Shown: positions 20,160 through 30,701, counted from the stretch's first letter. The stretch is DNA of 64,000 nt from Cyanophyceae cyanobacterium (GCA_038321985.1 JBBQFN010000024.1:13124-77123); one strand, 5' to 3'. Notes: a model not told the origin generated them from the letters alone. A program made the numbers and translations.

Positions 20160-21230
20160 CTAATGTTCCAAACGCTTCTCTTCCTCCGTTAACGGCAAAT
20201 TTAAGCGCTGTTTCAGATAAGCAGTCATCCGCATCACGCTAGTTGACCCTTGGGACAGTTGACCCTTGAAAATCACCCTCCCTTCCCAGTCTAAATGCGA
20301 TCGCGACCAATCGACTTGCCGTAAGGGGTCCAAATGGTCTCGCCAAGTATCTGGATAGGTCCTGAGTAACGTGGCACCCACTGCGCCTAACCCAATTAAG
20401 GCGATCGCCTGGGTATGTAGGTAGTCTCGCCGAATCTCAAACGCACTAACTTTGCGGTCTAATACAAGTTGCCAATCTGGAATCTGCCGACTGACCGCAT
20501 TCCAATAATCGACTGCCTGTTTGATTTGTGCTTCTAGGGGTTCGCCTTGCCAGTCTGCCAATAATGTCAAGGTTGCCTGACAAATATGCGGGAGTATAAA
20601 CAGTTTACCAGACCGGGTGCTTAAATGACTGCGTTCGGTTTCTGTGAGAGTGCGGAATACCTCCACTTGCTGATAGACTCCTCTGCCTAATGCCGCTTTG
20701 TCATCGCGATGGTCATACAGCAGGTTTAAGGCAGGGTCCGATCGCACTGGGTAGCGGTTGAGGTCACTAAAAATTTGCTGCGATCGCTTCAAACCCACAT
20801 CCAGAAACAAAATCAGGGGAATCGTTTCATACGCCAAATCCGGATTCTCCTTCAATGCCGATTCAAATGCCACCCGCCGATGTTGGCCGTCATTGATGGT
20901 AAATCGCGCATCCATCGGCACTCGCAAGCGTCCGATTTTTCGCCCTTCCGCCTCGGTTCCCAAGGGTTCAAAGGTGATATCCGCATCAATAGAGGCCGTA
21001 ATCGCCGAGATAGTATAACTCTTGGGATTATCCAAAATATATTGGGTAATTTGCGGGACACGAGTCCGATTCAGCGATCGCCTCCCCCGATTTTCTGGCG
21101 GCCTTTCCACCTGTTCCAGGGGGAACAGTTTCGGCAGGAGTCGCAGGGGACACATGGACACATAGTATTCTCGTCCCGCCTGGATTCCCCGAATTACAGG
21201 TAAGACATATTCAAAGGCGGTATTTAGCAC
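20160..21230 (-). CDS. dndB: DNA sulfur modification protein DndB (DGQHR family regulator)
   Basis: IRGIQAGREYYVSMCP, SAITASID, INDGQHRR, QQIFSDLN, LYDHRD; first gene of the dnd operon. Confidence 0.9.
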   Translation of the reverse strand: MLNTAFEYVLPVIRGIQAGREYYVSMCPLRLLPKLFPLEQVERPPENRGRRSLNRTRVPQITQYILDNPKSYTISAITASIDADITFEPLGTEAEGRKIGRLRVPMDARFTINDGQHRRVAFESALKENPDLAYETIPLILFLDVGLKRSQQIFSDLNRYPVRSDPALNLLYDHRDDKAALGRGVYQQVEVFRTLTETERSHLSTRSGKLFILPHICQATLTLLADWQGEPLEAQIKQAVDYWNAVSRQIPDWQLVLDRKVSAFEIRRDYLHTQAIALIGLGAVGATLLRTYPDTWRDHLDPLRQVDWSRSHLDWEGRVIFKGQLSQGSTSVMRMTAYLKQRLNLPLTEEEKRLEH

Positions 21231-21297
21231 GATCGCCCTCCCGGTATGTGCGGTAGATGGTATCCCACCGGCAACTCCCCCTTTTTTTTGATAGCTC

Positions 21298-21323
21298 TTG
21301 ACAAATTAACATTAATATGTTAA
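21298..21323. promoter_or_regulatory. TTGACA followed by palindrome TTAACAT-TAAT-ATGTTAA in the divergent dndB/DGQHR intergenic region
   Basis: Perfect -35 hexamer 21298-21303; 7-bp inverted arms 21306-21323; no clean -10 identified. Confidence 0.45.
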
Positions 21324-21433
21324 AGACTAACTGAATTTAATCGCTTTATTTTAGTAAAGCACAAAAAGTTTTTAAAAACCAGCTTTTTAGCAAATTAGTC
21401 TGAAATCCTTACAGGTAGAGGGTTTAAGTAGTA

Positions 21434-23095
21434 ATGAATCAGTCAGGTAACTTTCCTGATATGTTTAAGGATATGCCTATCGATGTGAAAGTCCTCATGA
21501 ACCCTCCCCGGAAACCAGCAACGGACCTTGCCAGTAAAATCCTGGAACAGGAAAACAGCGATCGCGAAGCGTTGGCGTTATTGTTGGATCGCCATCTCAC
21601 CCGCAGCGATCGCCTTTTGGTTCAAAAAACCCAGATGGGGAATACCGAGGCATTTATTGGATCCGTCACCTTAGAATGGTTAAGCAGTCGGGTTCGTTTC
21701 GCCTCCCAACTGCCACTATTTCAGAAAAAGTATGACCCCCAAACTGATAATGTAGTTAGGGACCGGGAAACCATTGACGAACTGCTACAACGTCCCCTAG
21801 ATTGGTCTCGACAAGCAGCTTTGACCCTGTATTTAGTCGCCCGCAAAAATCATAAATTTCCGGCATTGTTGGTAGTACAAAGTCCGGCGTGGGTGGATAA
21901 TCCGGATGCGCCAGAGTGGGATGAAACTGGGCGATCGCATCAATCCAGTTGTGATTTCATCTCCTTAGATAAAGATAATACCATCGGACTCTTAGACCTG
22001 TCTGAAAAAGTCGCAATTTTTGCCCTTGATGGTCAACATCGACTCATGGGAGTTCAGGGGTTAATGGAACTCATCAAAACTGGACGAATCCAACGCTATA
22101 ACAAAAATAAAAACCCCGTAGGTGCGGCAATTACCATCGATGATTTAAAAGAGCAATATCAAGTCGAATCGGCACATCTGCAAAATTTAGCCTCGGAAAG
22201 AATCGGCATTGAATTTATTCCAGCAGTCTTGGTAGGAGAAACCCGCGACGAAGCAAGGCGGAGGGTTCGGTCGATTTTTGTTCATGTTAACCTAATGGCG
22301 GTCAACCTGAGTAAAGGACAACTCGCTGTTCTGAATGAAGATGATGGTTTTTCCATTATAGCGCGAAAAGTTGCGGTTACTCATCCTCTATTGAAAGAGA
22401 AGAAAAAACGGAATCCTCGGGTGAATTGGGATAGTGCGACGGTAGCGGCTAAATCAACAGTTTTAACAACCCTTCAAGCGCTTAAGGATATGTCGGAACG
22501 TTACTTAGGCCCGAAATTTCCCCAATGGCGATCGGGGAATAACAAAGGGTTAGTGCCGATTCGTCCCGAAGATGACGAACTAGAGGAAGGGTTAGGGGAA
22601 TTTAAAGCCTTATTTGATGGATTATCCAGCTTAGTCAGCTATCAGCAACTTGACTCAGGAACAGAAACCCCTGAACTGCGCCGGTTTAGTCATGAAAAAG
22701 GCAGTGGAGATGGGAATTTACTGTTTCGTCCCATTGGACAAGTTGCCTTAGCGCAAGCCCTGGGAATTTTAGTGTTTGAGAAAGGGTTTTCCCTGAAAGA
22801 GTTGATTGAGAAGTTGCAGGAATTTGATGTGGATGGGGGATTTAGTGGGATGGAATATCCCCAGTCTCTTTGGTATGGGGTTTTATATGACCCGAGTAAA
22901 CGGCGCGTGTTAGTTTCGGGTCGGGATTTGGCGGCGAAGTTGTTGATATATATTCTCGGAGGAATCGAGGATGATTACGATCGCGCACATCTTCGGAAAG
23001 CATTAGCGGATGCGCGCACTTTTGAAGGGAAAGCAGTAAGTTTTGAGGGTAAGTTTGTAAAACCGAAGGAGGTGGGTTTGCCGGAGGTTTTGTAA
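21434..23095 (+). CDS. DGQHR domain protein (Dnd-associated)
   Basis: QRPLDWSRQ, FALDGQHRL, RSIFVHVN; divergent from dndB; true start may be a later Met. Confidence 0.8.
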   Translation: MNQSGNFPDMFKDMPIDVKVLMNPPRKPATDLASKILEQENSDREALALLLDRHLTRSDRLLVQKTQMGNTEAFIGSVTLEWLSSRVRFASQLPLFQKKYDPQTDNVVRDRETIDELLQRPLDWSRQAALTLYLVARKNHKFPALLVVQSPAWVDNPDAPEWDETGRSHQSSCDFISLDKDNTIGLLDLSEKVAIFALDGQHRLMGVQGLMELIKTGRIQRYNKNKNPVGAAITIDDLKEQYQVESAHLQNLASERIGIEFIPAVLVGETRDEARRRVRSIFVHVNLMAVNLSKGQLAVLNEDDGFSIIARKVAVTHPLLKEKKKRNPRVNWDSATVAAKSTVLTTLQALKDMSERYLGPKFPQWRSGNNKGLVPIRPEDDELEEGLGEFKALFDGLSSLVSYQQLDSGTETPELRRFSHEKGSGDGNLLFRPIGQVALAQALGILVFEKGFSLKELIEKLQEFDVDGGFSGMEYPQSLWYGVLYDPSKRRVLVSGRDLAAKLLIYILGGIEDDYDRAHLRKALADARTFEGKAVSFEGKFVKPKEVGLPEVL

Positions 23096-23173
23096 AGAAA
23101 TGTTCACTTGGTTACTACTTTCTCTAGCAAGTCGTGATATGATCCAGAATTATTTATGAAATAAGTCCAGCTT

Positions 23174-23908
23174 ATGTCAATAACTAAGCGGTGTCTTGCG
23201 GAGTTTGTAGGAACGTTCTGGTTAGTCTTTGGTGGATGTGGAAGTGCGGTACTTGCTGCCTCGTTCCCGGATTCGAGTAATGCTTTGGGAATCGGACTGT
23301 TGGGAGTTTCCCTCGCATTTGGGTTAACGGTGATGACGATGGCCTACGCGATCGGGCATATTTTTGGTTGTCACTTAAATCCAGCGGTTTCCCTGGGTTT
23401 ATGGGTGGGGAAACGGTTCCCAAAAAGCGATCTACTCCCTTATATCAGCGCGCAAATTTTTGGGGGGATTTTTGCTGGGGGATTTCTTTATCTGATTGCC
23501 AGTGGTAAACCTGGATTTAGTCTCAGTGATGGATTTGCGGCAAATGGTTATGGAACCCATTCTCCCGGTGGTTATTCAATGTTAGCCGCGTTGCTGACTG
23601 AATTTGTCTTGACCTTCATGTTCTTGTTTGTGATTATGGGAGCAACCGATCGCCGTGCTCCCCAAGGTTTCGCACCCGTGGCGATCGGGTTAGCATTGAC
23701 CCTGATTCATTTAATTGGCATTCCCGTTACTAATGTTTCTGTCAATCCTGCACGGAGTACCGCACCGGCACTGTTTGTCGGAGATTGGGCGATCGCACAA
23801 CTCTGGTTATTCTGGTTAGCACCCCTTGCCGGTGCCGCCTTTGCTGGATTTGTCTATTCCGCACTGGTGGGTGATGTAAAACTGCGGCGCATGAAACTAA
23901 AAGTCTAA
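23174..23908 (+). CDS. aqpZ: Aquaporin Z
   Basis: [15 protein letters not shown], two NPA boxes (HLNPAVS, SVNPARS), FAANGYG. Confidence 0.95.
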   Translation: MSITKRCLAEFVGTFWLVFGGCGSAVLAASFPDSSNALGIGLLGVSLAFGLTVMTMAYAIGHIFGCHLNPAVSLGLWVGKRFPKSDLLPYISAQIFGGIFAGGFLYLIASGKPGFSLSDGFAANGYGTHSPGGYSMLAALLTEFVLTFMFLFVIMGATDRRAPQGFAPVAIGLALTLIHLIGIPVTNVSVNPARSTAPALFVGDWAIAQLWLFWLAPLAGAAFAGFVYSALVGDVKLRRMKLKV

Positions 23909-23950
23909 TTAAATTTGTGAGTTTTTGTGTTTGTTTTGGTGAGCAAATAG

Positions 23951-23978
23951 AAACCCACTTTCTGAAAGTGGGTTTTTT
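23951..23978 (+). terminator. Intrinsic terminator
   Basis: AAACCCACTTT-CTG-AAAGTGGGTTT followed by T-run, between convergent genes. Confidence 0.75.
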
Positions 23979-24038
23979 AATACCTAACCGAGTTTTTAAA
24001 GTCGGTAATTTTATACATAAATTCCCGAACCCCTAGGG

Positions 24039-24509
24039 TTACAAAAATCGACTGAGGTCAAAATCATCGGGTTCTGAGGAGGTTTTTTTAAATCGTTCCG
24101 AGAGGAGGATGAGTAGGATTCGTTCGGTATAGTCTACTGCACCCCGTAACTCTTCGCGGAGGATTTCTAGGCCGCCGTTTGCATATTCTTCAAAGATATG
24201 AGCGCGGATTTCTTCGGAATCGGGGTCGTTGGGGGCGATAATTTTGGAGTCTTTGGTTTCGGCGATCGCCAATAATTTAATCACCAGGTCATATCCTTTG
24301 GTAACAAAGGTATCAATATCAATTGGACCCGGTTCGGTTTTGGAAATTGCGCCAAGGGGAACTCGTTTTTTGCGTCGGGCACCCAAGGCAGCAGCAAAAA
24401 CGAGAACATCGGTAAAGTGGCGAAATACGCCGGTTTTGTTGTCCGATGAGGTTAAGGAGGTGACTAAATCTGCTTTATCTTTGGCAACCTTAATTCTATA
24501 TGCACCCAT
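24039..24509 (-). CDS. DNA phosphorothioation-associated protein 4 (small DndE/PbeD-like protein)
   Basis: RIKVAKDKADLV.SL, VLVFAAALG, IFEEYANGGLEIL; family recalled from dnd neighbourhoods; ATG 24509 preferred. Confidence 0.75.
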   Translation of the reverse strand: MGAYRIKVAKDKADLVTSLTSSDNKTGVFRHFTDVLVFAAALGARRKKRVPLGAISKTEPGPIDIDTFVTKGYDLVIKLLAIAETKDSKIIAPNDPDSEEIRAHIFEEYANGGLEILREELRGAVDYTERILLILLSERFKKTSSEPDDFDLSRFL

Positions 24510-24792
24510 TGCGATCGCCCGGTGTTGTATTGAACAGTAAACAAGATTCAGGAAGAGCAAAGCCCCCATTCTGATAATATAGCATAGAGAGGGGTATTTT
24601 TATCTTAGGTGGATTCCGAATTTGCCGTCAGCCTCCCTCAACCTTAACAACATTGAGGATGAATTCCAGGAAATTTGTATCGTCTCTATCTTTTGGTAAT
24701 AAAGTAGAAAGTTAGAGGGGGTTTTTATTGTCTTTTGTTTCTTATAATAATAAATTACTACCGATGGAAAGCTCTTTACGTCTCACCTTAAT

Positions 24793-25224
24793 ATGGACCC
24801 TATCAATACCCTTTTTACCGACCATCTAGCCGAACTCACAAATCGCTTACTCTGGCTGAGTGAGTCTGAATTTCCTTTCCAAATTATCACTTGGGATACA
24901 GATAGGGTGACTATTGAACAACTCCTCAAACTAACCTACCATCCCCCCCATACCCCGGTTCATACCCTGGGTATTGATGAATTTTTCGCCCCTGCCCTAG
25001 AAGGACTCGGTAGCTATAGTTATATCCTAGATCAAGCCTTAATCGGAAGATATCAGAGTTTATATAATTATCTCACTTATTTTCTGCACAATATCAAAGT
25101 GTACCGAGTAGGTACTGACCCCATATATATCTATATCATGGGACTCACTCGCGATGAAAATTTAGCAGGAATCGGCACCCAAGTCATAGAAACCCTAGCC
25201 CAATCTTATCACTTTCAGGGATAA
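24793..25224 (+). CDS. Nuclease A inhibitor (NuiA) family protein
   Basis: LLWLSESEFPF, IDEFF, IKVYRVG...IYIMG...LAGIGTQVIET. Confidence 0.8.
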   Translation: MDPINTLFTDHLAELTNRLLWLSESEFPFQIITWDTDRVTIEQLLKLTYHPPHTPVHTLGIDEFFAPALEGLGSYSYILDQALIGRYQSLYNYLTYFLHNIKVYRVGTDPIYIYIMGLTRDENLAGIGTQVIETLAQSYHFQG

Positions 25225-25299
25225 AAGAAGAGGACGAAGGGAAAGGGGAAAGGGAGTGGTAAATTTGCCCCATCTCCCCCATCTTCCTAACTGGGCGGA

Positions 25300-25539
25300 T
25301 TACTCTTGCTGTAACAACTCTTCTTTAGACTCTCCCCAGTAAGCACTATAAGTCCAGGTTTCGCGGTTACCACTGGTTGCTAGGGACCAGCGAAAAATTG
25401 CCGATTTCGGGTTAACTCCGACTTCAATTAACTTTGCACCCATATAGTATTCCATCTGGCGTTTTTTCAAGTCTTTAAAGTCTCTGGATTTGCGGCTATC
25501 CCAGGTTTGAGTCATGTGTGCTTTTGTCGGTCTTTTCAT
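25300..25539 (-). CDS. Small hypothetical protein
   Basis: 79-aa ORF with ATG and purine-rich RBS; no motif recognised. Confidence 0.6.
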   Translation of the reverse strand: MKRPTKAHMTQTWDSRKSRDFKDLKKRQMEYYMGAKLIEVGVNPKSAIFRWSLATSGNRETWTYSAYWGESKEELLQQE

Positions 25540-25684
25540 CCTTCTTTCTCTACCTTCGTTATCTTGTTTTAAGAGTATCCTACACTTTAGTTAGAATACC
25601 AATCTTTCTACATTGAGCAATGACCCCAGGGAACTGGGTAAAATTTGACTCAGAGATTGCACTCGCCTCGTGCCACCCCAGACT

Positions 25685-26572
25685 TTATACAAATTCCCCT
25701 TTGGCAACTGCGATCGCCTTGCCACCAACGGAGACAGAAATCTCTGGGTTATTTTTATGTGCCTTCAATAATAACAGGGAGGGTCTGCCCATTTCATATC
25801 CCTGTTCTACTCGCACGTCAATTTTCCCTTCCCCGAAATATTCATACTCGACTAAATATCCTGCCAAACAACCATTGGCGCTACCTGTTGCCGGGTCCTC
25901 GGGTACGCCTAAATAATCCGCAAACATTCTTGCACTGAGATCATTTTCGGGTTTGTTCGTCTCGGGACAAAACAGAAAAATACATTTAGCCTCAGTGCCC
26001 TCGATTAATTTAAAATACTTATTTTGATTGACTTTTGCCCTCTTTAATGCAGCATGAGTTTTCAAGGGGACAATCATAAAAGGAATCCCCGTCGAAACCT
26101 CTCGAATCGGAAACCGTGAATCCAAGTCCTGAACCTCTAAATTTAAAACTTCTGCCACCCGTTCCCCCTCGATCGTCTGATGGAACGTGGGCGGTTTTTG
26201 CTGCATCCACAAAACATCAACTGTATCCCCTTGATAGTGCAGGGTGACTGGAATTTGTCCAAGGGGAAGATTCAAATTAACCCGTTCTACCCGCTGTTTA
26301 ATTATCTCTTGCTGAATAATAAAAGCGGTGCCTAATGTAGGATGACCGGCAAAAGGGACTTCTTGGGCCGGGGTAAAAATCCGCACGTCATATCCGCCGT
26401 TTTGGGGTTCTGAAGACAGCACAAAGGTTGTCTCCGAATAATTCATTTCTTTAGCAATTTGTTGCATCTGCTCCCCAGTCATTCCAGGGGTTCCAGTAAA
26501 TACAGCTAGCTGATTGCCCTGGTATTTTTCTTCGGCGAAAACATCAACAATGTAAAAGTTAAGATTGCCCAT
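25685..26572 (-). CDS. PhzF family isomerase
   Basis: VDVF...GNQLAV, MNYSETTF, EVPFAGHPTLG, EDPATGSANG, EQGYEMGRPS. Confidence 0.92.
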   Translation of the reverse strand: MGNLNFYIVDVFAEEKYQGNQLAVFTGTPGMTGEQMQQIAKEMNYSETTFVLSSEPQNGGYDVRIFTPAQEVPFAGHPTLGTAFIIQQEIIKQRVERVNLNLPLGQIPVTLHYQGDTVDVLWMQQKPPTFHQTIEGERVAEVLNLEVQDLDSRFPIREVSTGIPFMIVPLKTHAALKRAKVNQNKYFKLIEGTEAKCIFLFCPETNKPENDLSARMFADYLGVPEDPATGSANGCLAGYLVEYEYFGEGKIDVRVEQGYEMGRPSLLLLKAHKNNPEISVSVGGKAIAVAKGEFV

Positions 26573-26589
26573 TTTTGCCTCGGTTGTAG

Positions 26590-28134
26590 ATGTCAGTACA
26601 GTTAGCTCTCACCGGGGATCGTAGCCCATTTGGGCCTATGGATGAGTATCAAATTGATCCCCAGACCCACTTGATCTCTGAGAGAGTTCGGGATATCCTG
26701 TTAGGAATTCACCCAGATGATAAATTTGCTAACCCTCTAATAAAAATGCTTATGCCATTGATGGGACTGGTCTGGATGACGTGCTGTTTGAGCGGTTTGC
26801 TTTCATACAGCCCAGGATTAGGGAATGCCTTAGTTGTCTTAAAAAATCCGTTGTCACTCCAATCTTTAGCTAGTTTAAGTCATCGGTGGGACCTTCCTCA
26901 CCGGCTGGCCCGAGGCGGTAAGGCTCAAGTCAAAAAGTACCGCCCTCATTTCAAATTTAAGGGGGCTGCCGGTGTAGAGACGGGAAAATTCGCATCGCTA
27001 CAACACTGGTCTCAAATCAGCGATCGCCCGCGAAAACAAAGCCCAGCCGACTCCCGGGACCGCCCAGGATTGCCAGAACGTCTCACCTGGGACAATCTCC
27101 CTGAAAACGGACAATGCACCCTGGAAACCCCTTTTAAGAATTCTAGTATCCGTAACGAGTTGAGACAATATAATTTTTTCTCAACCCGACGCGAAAATCC
27201 CCTAGAAGCAACCCTGATCAGTGATCGCCTTGACTCGAAAAAATCCGCCCCGGGAATTGGGCAGTTCTGGCCTAATTTTTTCCTAAAAGAACCCTCAGAT
27301 TTAGACCGGCAACCCAGTCTGGACCCCTCAATTCAGGTAAAAGCAGTTACCGTTTCCCCAGGTCCCTCTCGCGCCATGAGCCGCGTGGATTGGTGGCACT
27401 CTCGGTATCTATTTGGGCTGGGACAGACAGTTTCCTGGTCCTCCAACGAAAGCTCCAAGCAGATTCTCTTCACAAAACCTTCGGAGTTTTTAGTCTTGGT
27501 GCAGGGTCAAAAAATTGCCCAACTTCCCGATCGCATCCAAGCGGATTTATTAGCTCATCGGATCCAGGACTGGCTACAAGAGAGCAGTCACAGTCCGGCT
27601 CAACTTACCCCTACCACCTTAGAAGGATTGAGAGCTATCCAAGGCGGCGATCGCACCTTATTACTTCTATCCGATGATGTGGTTGAATCCACCCAGAGCA
27701 ACCCGGACCTCCTAGCAGTGGAATGGACCAATAATCTCCGCACGGCCCTAGGCACTGAACCCTTACCCCTCGCCGAAGCACAAGCTCAGATGTACGGATT
27801 AGTAGAGACCCCCCAGAAACTTCAGGGAACAGCCTCTTGGTATGGCCCTTATTTTCACGGTCGCCTCACGGCTAACGGCGAAACTTACGATCAAGAAGAC
27901 ATGACGGCGGCTCATCCCTCGTTACCCTTTGATACCTATCTGAAAGTCAAAAATCTTCAGAATGGCAAGATGGTAATCGTTCGGATCAACGATCGCGGAC
28001 CTTATATCCCCCCCCGCAATTTAGACCTTTCCTTGGGTGCTGCTCGTGCTCTAGGCAGTGAAGAAACCGGCGTCATCTCCTACGAGGCAATATTTATGAA
28101 ACCCACCCCCGCTAAGGCAGTCGCGCACAAGTGA
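26590..28134 (+). CDS. rlpA: RlpA-family lytic transglycosylase (C-terminal DPBB domain)
   Basis: GTASWYG..FHGRLTANGE, TAAHPSLPF, VRINDRGP, LDLS; true start probably downstream of 26590. Confidence 0.8.
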   Translation: MSVQLALTGDRSPFGPMDEYQIDPQTHLISERVRDILLGIHPDDKFANPLIKMLMPLMGLVWMTCCLSGLLSYSPGLGNALVVLKNPLSLQSLASLSHRWDLPHRLARGGKAQVKKYRPHFKFKGAAGVETGKFASLQHWSQISDRPRKQSPADSRDRPGLPERLTWDNLPENGQCTLETPFKNSSIRNELRQYNFFSTRRENPLEATLISDRLDSKKSAPGIGQFWPNFFLKEPSDLDRQPSLDPSIQVKAVTVSPGPSRAMSRVDWWHSRYLFGLGQTVSWSSNESSKQILFTKPSEFLVLVQGQKIAQLPDRIQADLLAHRIQDWLQESSHSPAQLTPTTLEGLRAIQGGDRTLLLLSDDVVESTQSNPDLLAVEWTNNLRTALGTEPLPLAEAQAQMYGLVETPQKLQGTASWYGPYFHGRLTANGETYDQEDMTAAHPSLPFDTYLKVKNLQNGKMVIVRINDRGPYIPPRNLDLSLGAARALGSEETGVISYEAIFMKPTPAKAVAHK

Positions 28135-28309
28135 CTTGTCATGGGAGATGGGGTAGATGGTACTCGGGTCATGGCTGAAGCCGTGACACCCACAATAAGC
28201 GGATTAAGTGCTGGATCGGACAGTGGCAGCAGAGCCTCCAAGGGAGCGGGACGCAGGTTCAGCCGCGTCACCAGGACGGCAGAAGACCGGATCACCGGAC
28301 AATTAGCCG

Positions 28310-29857
28310 TTACCCTGGCGAAGACCTCTGCAAACAGCCGATCGCCTCTAGTAAACCTCGGGCTTTATTCAGGGTTTCTTGATACTCACTGGCCGGGACC
28401 GAATCCGCAACTAGACCGGCACCGGCTTGTACAGATACCGTATGTTTGCCATTGCCATTGCTGCGAACTACCATCGTTCTAATGGCGATCGCACTATTGA
28501 GCTGTCCCTCAAAATCGTAATACCCATACACCCCCGAATAAGGACCCCGGCGGCAGCCTTCCAACTCATGAACAATCTGCATCGCCCGAATCTTGGGTGC
28601 ACCGCTGACGGTTCCAGCCGGGAAACAGGCTTTTAATAAATCCCAAGCCGTTTTTTCCGGGTCTAATTCCCCGCGCACATTACTCACGATATGCATGACG
28701 TGGGAATAGCGCTCAATCACCATTAACTCATCGACTCTAACGCTGCCCTTGACACAAACTCGGCCTAAGTCATTGCGGCCTAAATCCACTAACATGACGT
28801 GCTCAGCCACTTCTTTCGGGTCGTTGAGTAGATCTTCGGCTAAGGCAGCATCTTCTTGGGCAGTTTGTCCCCGGCGTCGGGTTCCAGCGATCGGGCGCAC
28901 CGTTGCCAGTCTGGACCCTTCGGGGGTAAGTTCTGCTTTCACCATCACTTCTGGACTGGAGCCAATAATTTGCCAGTCGTCGAAATTAAAATAAGCCATG
29001 TAAGGCGAAGGATTGATTAGGCGCAGGGACCGATAGAGGGAAAATGGATCTCCCTCATATTCTGCCGATAGGCGTTGAGAAATGACGACTTGAAAAATAT
29101 CCCCAGCTTTGATGTAGTCCTTTGCCTTTAAAACGCTCTGGCAGTATTTTTCCTCGGAAGTATTGCTGGTGTAGTGCAACTCCTTCCTCCGGTCCGAATC
29201 CGAGGGTCTTGATGGGGGGGTCCATTCTAGGAGGGTATCTTTTTTGAGTAGGGGTTGCTGGAGTTGGTTGACTAGACTCCGAACGCGATCGCAGGCTTGT
29301 TCATAAGCCGATTTGATATCCAGGGTTCGTAAATCTGCGTAGGCGATCGCCCAAATCTTCCGCTTTACTTGGTCAAACACCAGCAAACTATCTGCTTGCA
29401 TCCACAATCCATCCGGCACATCGGTTGCTGCGGCGGGATGGATTGGCACCCGGGGTTCCATCCACCGAATTAATTCATATCCCCAAAAACCAAATAAACC
29501 CCCCACTCCCGGCGGCAATTCGGGTAATTTCACAGGTCGAATCAAGTTGAGACAGTTTTCCAGGGCCTCAAACGGATCCCCCTCAAACACATCAACCTGT
29601 CCCGTGCGATGTTTCTGAATCGTTTGGTGATCTCTCGCTTCTAAGATCCACAGGGGGTCACAGCCAAGGAAGCTATACCGTGCCAGGTTTTCCCCGCCTT
29701 CGACCGATTCCAACAAAAAGCTATAGGGTTGCCCTGCACAGACTTTGTACCACGCTGAGACTGGGGTATCCAGATCCGCAACCCATTCCTGATAGACGGG
29801 TACAAAATTTCCTTGTTTGGCAAGTTCAGTAAATTGAGAAAAATCTGGAAAAATCAT
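28310..29857 (-). CDS. trpE: Anthranilate synthase component I
   Basis: FLLESVEGG, GDIFQVVISQR, NPSPYM, PIAGT, EHVMLVDLGRND, FPAGTVSGAPK; ATG 29857 preferred. Confidence 0.95.
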   Translation of the reverse strand: MIFPDFSQFTELAKQGNFVPVYQEWVADLDTPVSAWYKVCAGQPYSFLLESVEGGENLARYSFLGCDPLWILEARDHQTIQKHRTGQVDVFEGDPFEALENCLNLIRPVKLPELPPGVGGLFGFWGYELIRWMEPRVPIHPAAATDVPDGLWMQADSLLVFDQVKRKIWAIAYADLRTLDIKSAYEQACDRVRSLVNQLQQPLLKKDTLLEWTPPSRPSDSDRRKELHYTSNTSEEKYCQSVLKAKDYIKAGDIFQVVISQRLSAEYEGDPFSLYRSLRLINPSPYMAYFNFDDWQIIGSSPEVMVKAELTPEGSRLATVRPIAGTRRRGQTAQEDAALAEDLLNDPKEVAEHVMLVDLGRNDLGRVCVKGSVRVDELMVIERYSHVMHIVSNVRGELDPEKTAWDLLKACFPAGTVSGAPKIRAMQIVHELEGCRRGPYSGVYGYYDFEGQLNSAIAIRTMVVRSNGNGKHTVSVQAGAGLVADSVPASEYQETLNKARGLLEAIGCLQRSSPG

Positions 29858-30185
29858 AGGGTCTTGTGCCGCAGGCTTGGGGAAATTGGGAGAAGTGGGG
29901 ATGGTTTTTCTTAAAAATGTGATGGGTCCGGTCCCCTTATCTTGGGAAGGGAGGGGACTAGAGTTGATACTCCCCTTTTCCCCCTCTTCCCAAAACAATG
30001 GCTAACTGCTCATTGCCAAAAAACTTTGAGCAATTAGCAATTAGCCATTGGGATTTAGATCTGAACGTTACACAAACAAGGCGAGCGATCGCAAGTCGGG
30101 TTACCCCAAATGTTATGGGACTCTGACTGGGAACTCACGGCACGAGGCTCGTTTTTCCAGTGCGATCGCCCCCTTTGCCTTGTGT

Positions 30186-30614
30186 TTACGGATCGTAAGG
30201 CTTCTTCCCGCTGAACTTGATTTTCGCAGGTTGGGGGTTGTCGCCAATTTTGCGATCGTTCTTGCCGTAGTAAGCACGACCTTCGTTCACCTTTTCAGGG
30301 AAGACCCCATCTTTCGGATGGAGGTACTCGGTTTCACCGCTGGCATAAATGCGGTAAATTTTGTAGTCGTCAATTTTCGGCTTGAACTTGGTCCGGAACT
30401 GGGTCGCTAATGCGAGGCAATGCTCCTTCCGAGGCAGGTAGACTAGGTTTTCCCCTGCGTTCATCACAGCCGCGCCACCGCTGGGCATTTCAAACACTTG
30501 CTCTTTAGGAGAGGTCCAAGTGATTGCGTATTTTTCTTCCACTAGCGCTTTGCTGAGCAAACCGCCTGTGCTGCCCCCAAATTTTGGGGCTTGGCCTTTC
30601 AAGGTTTCTGCCAT
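30186..30614 (-). CDS. psaD: Photosystem I subunit II
   Basis: [41 protein letters not shown]. Confidence 0.97.
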   Translation of the reverse strand: MAETLKGQAPKFGGSTGGLLSKALVEEKYAITWTSPKEQVFEMPSGGAAVMNAGENLVYLPRKEHCLALATQFRTKFKPKIDDYKIYRIYASGETEYLHPKDGVFPEKVNEGRAYYGKNDRKIGDNPQPAKIKFSGKKPYDP

Positions 30615-30650
30615 ATCTTACTCCGGATATTTTGAAACAATTTTTAGGGC

Positions 30651-30701
30651 ATCGTACCACTCACACCGCTTGCCGCTACAGACTTTGTAAGGATCTGTAA
30701 C
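30651..30701 (-). promoter_or_regulatory. psaD promoter: HLR1-like (RpaB) direct repeat plus extended -10
   Basis: Minus strand GTTACAGA-TC-CTTACAAA (30701-30684) and TGgTACGAT (-10 at 30656-30651); HLR1 upstream of PSI genes is established. Confidence 0.6.

Noticed and set aside
9895..25224. Recently acquired genomic island carrying the dnd genes
   Set aside because: No integrase, tRNA or att repeats; HIP1 sites and core-type genes are interleaved
28310..30614. psaD-trpE adjacency as unusual
   Set aside because: A commonly conserved arrangement in cyanobacteria
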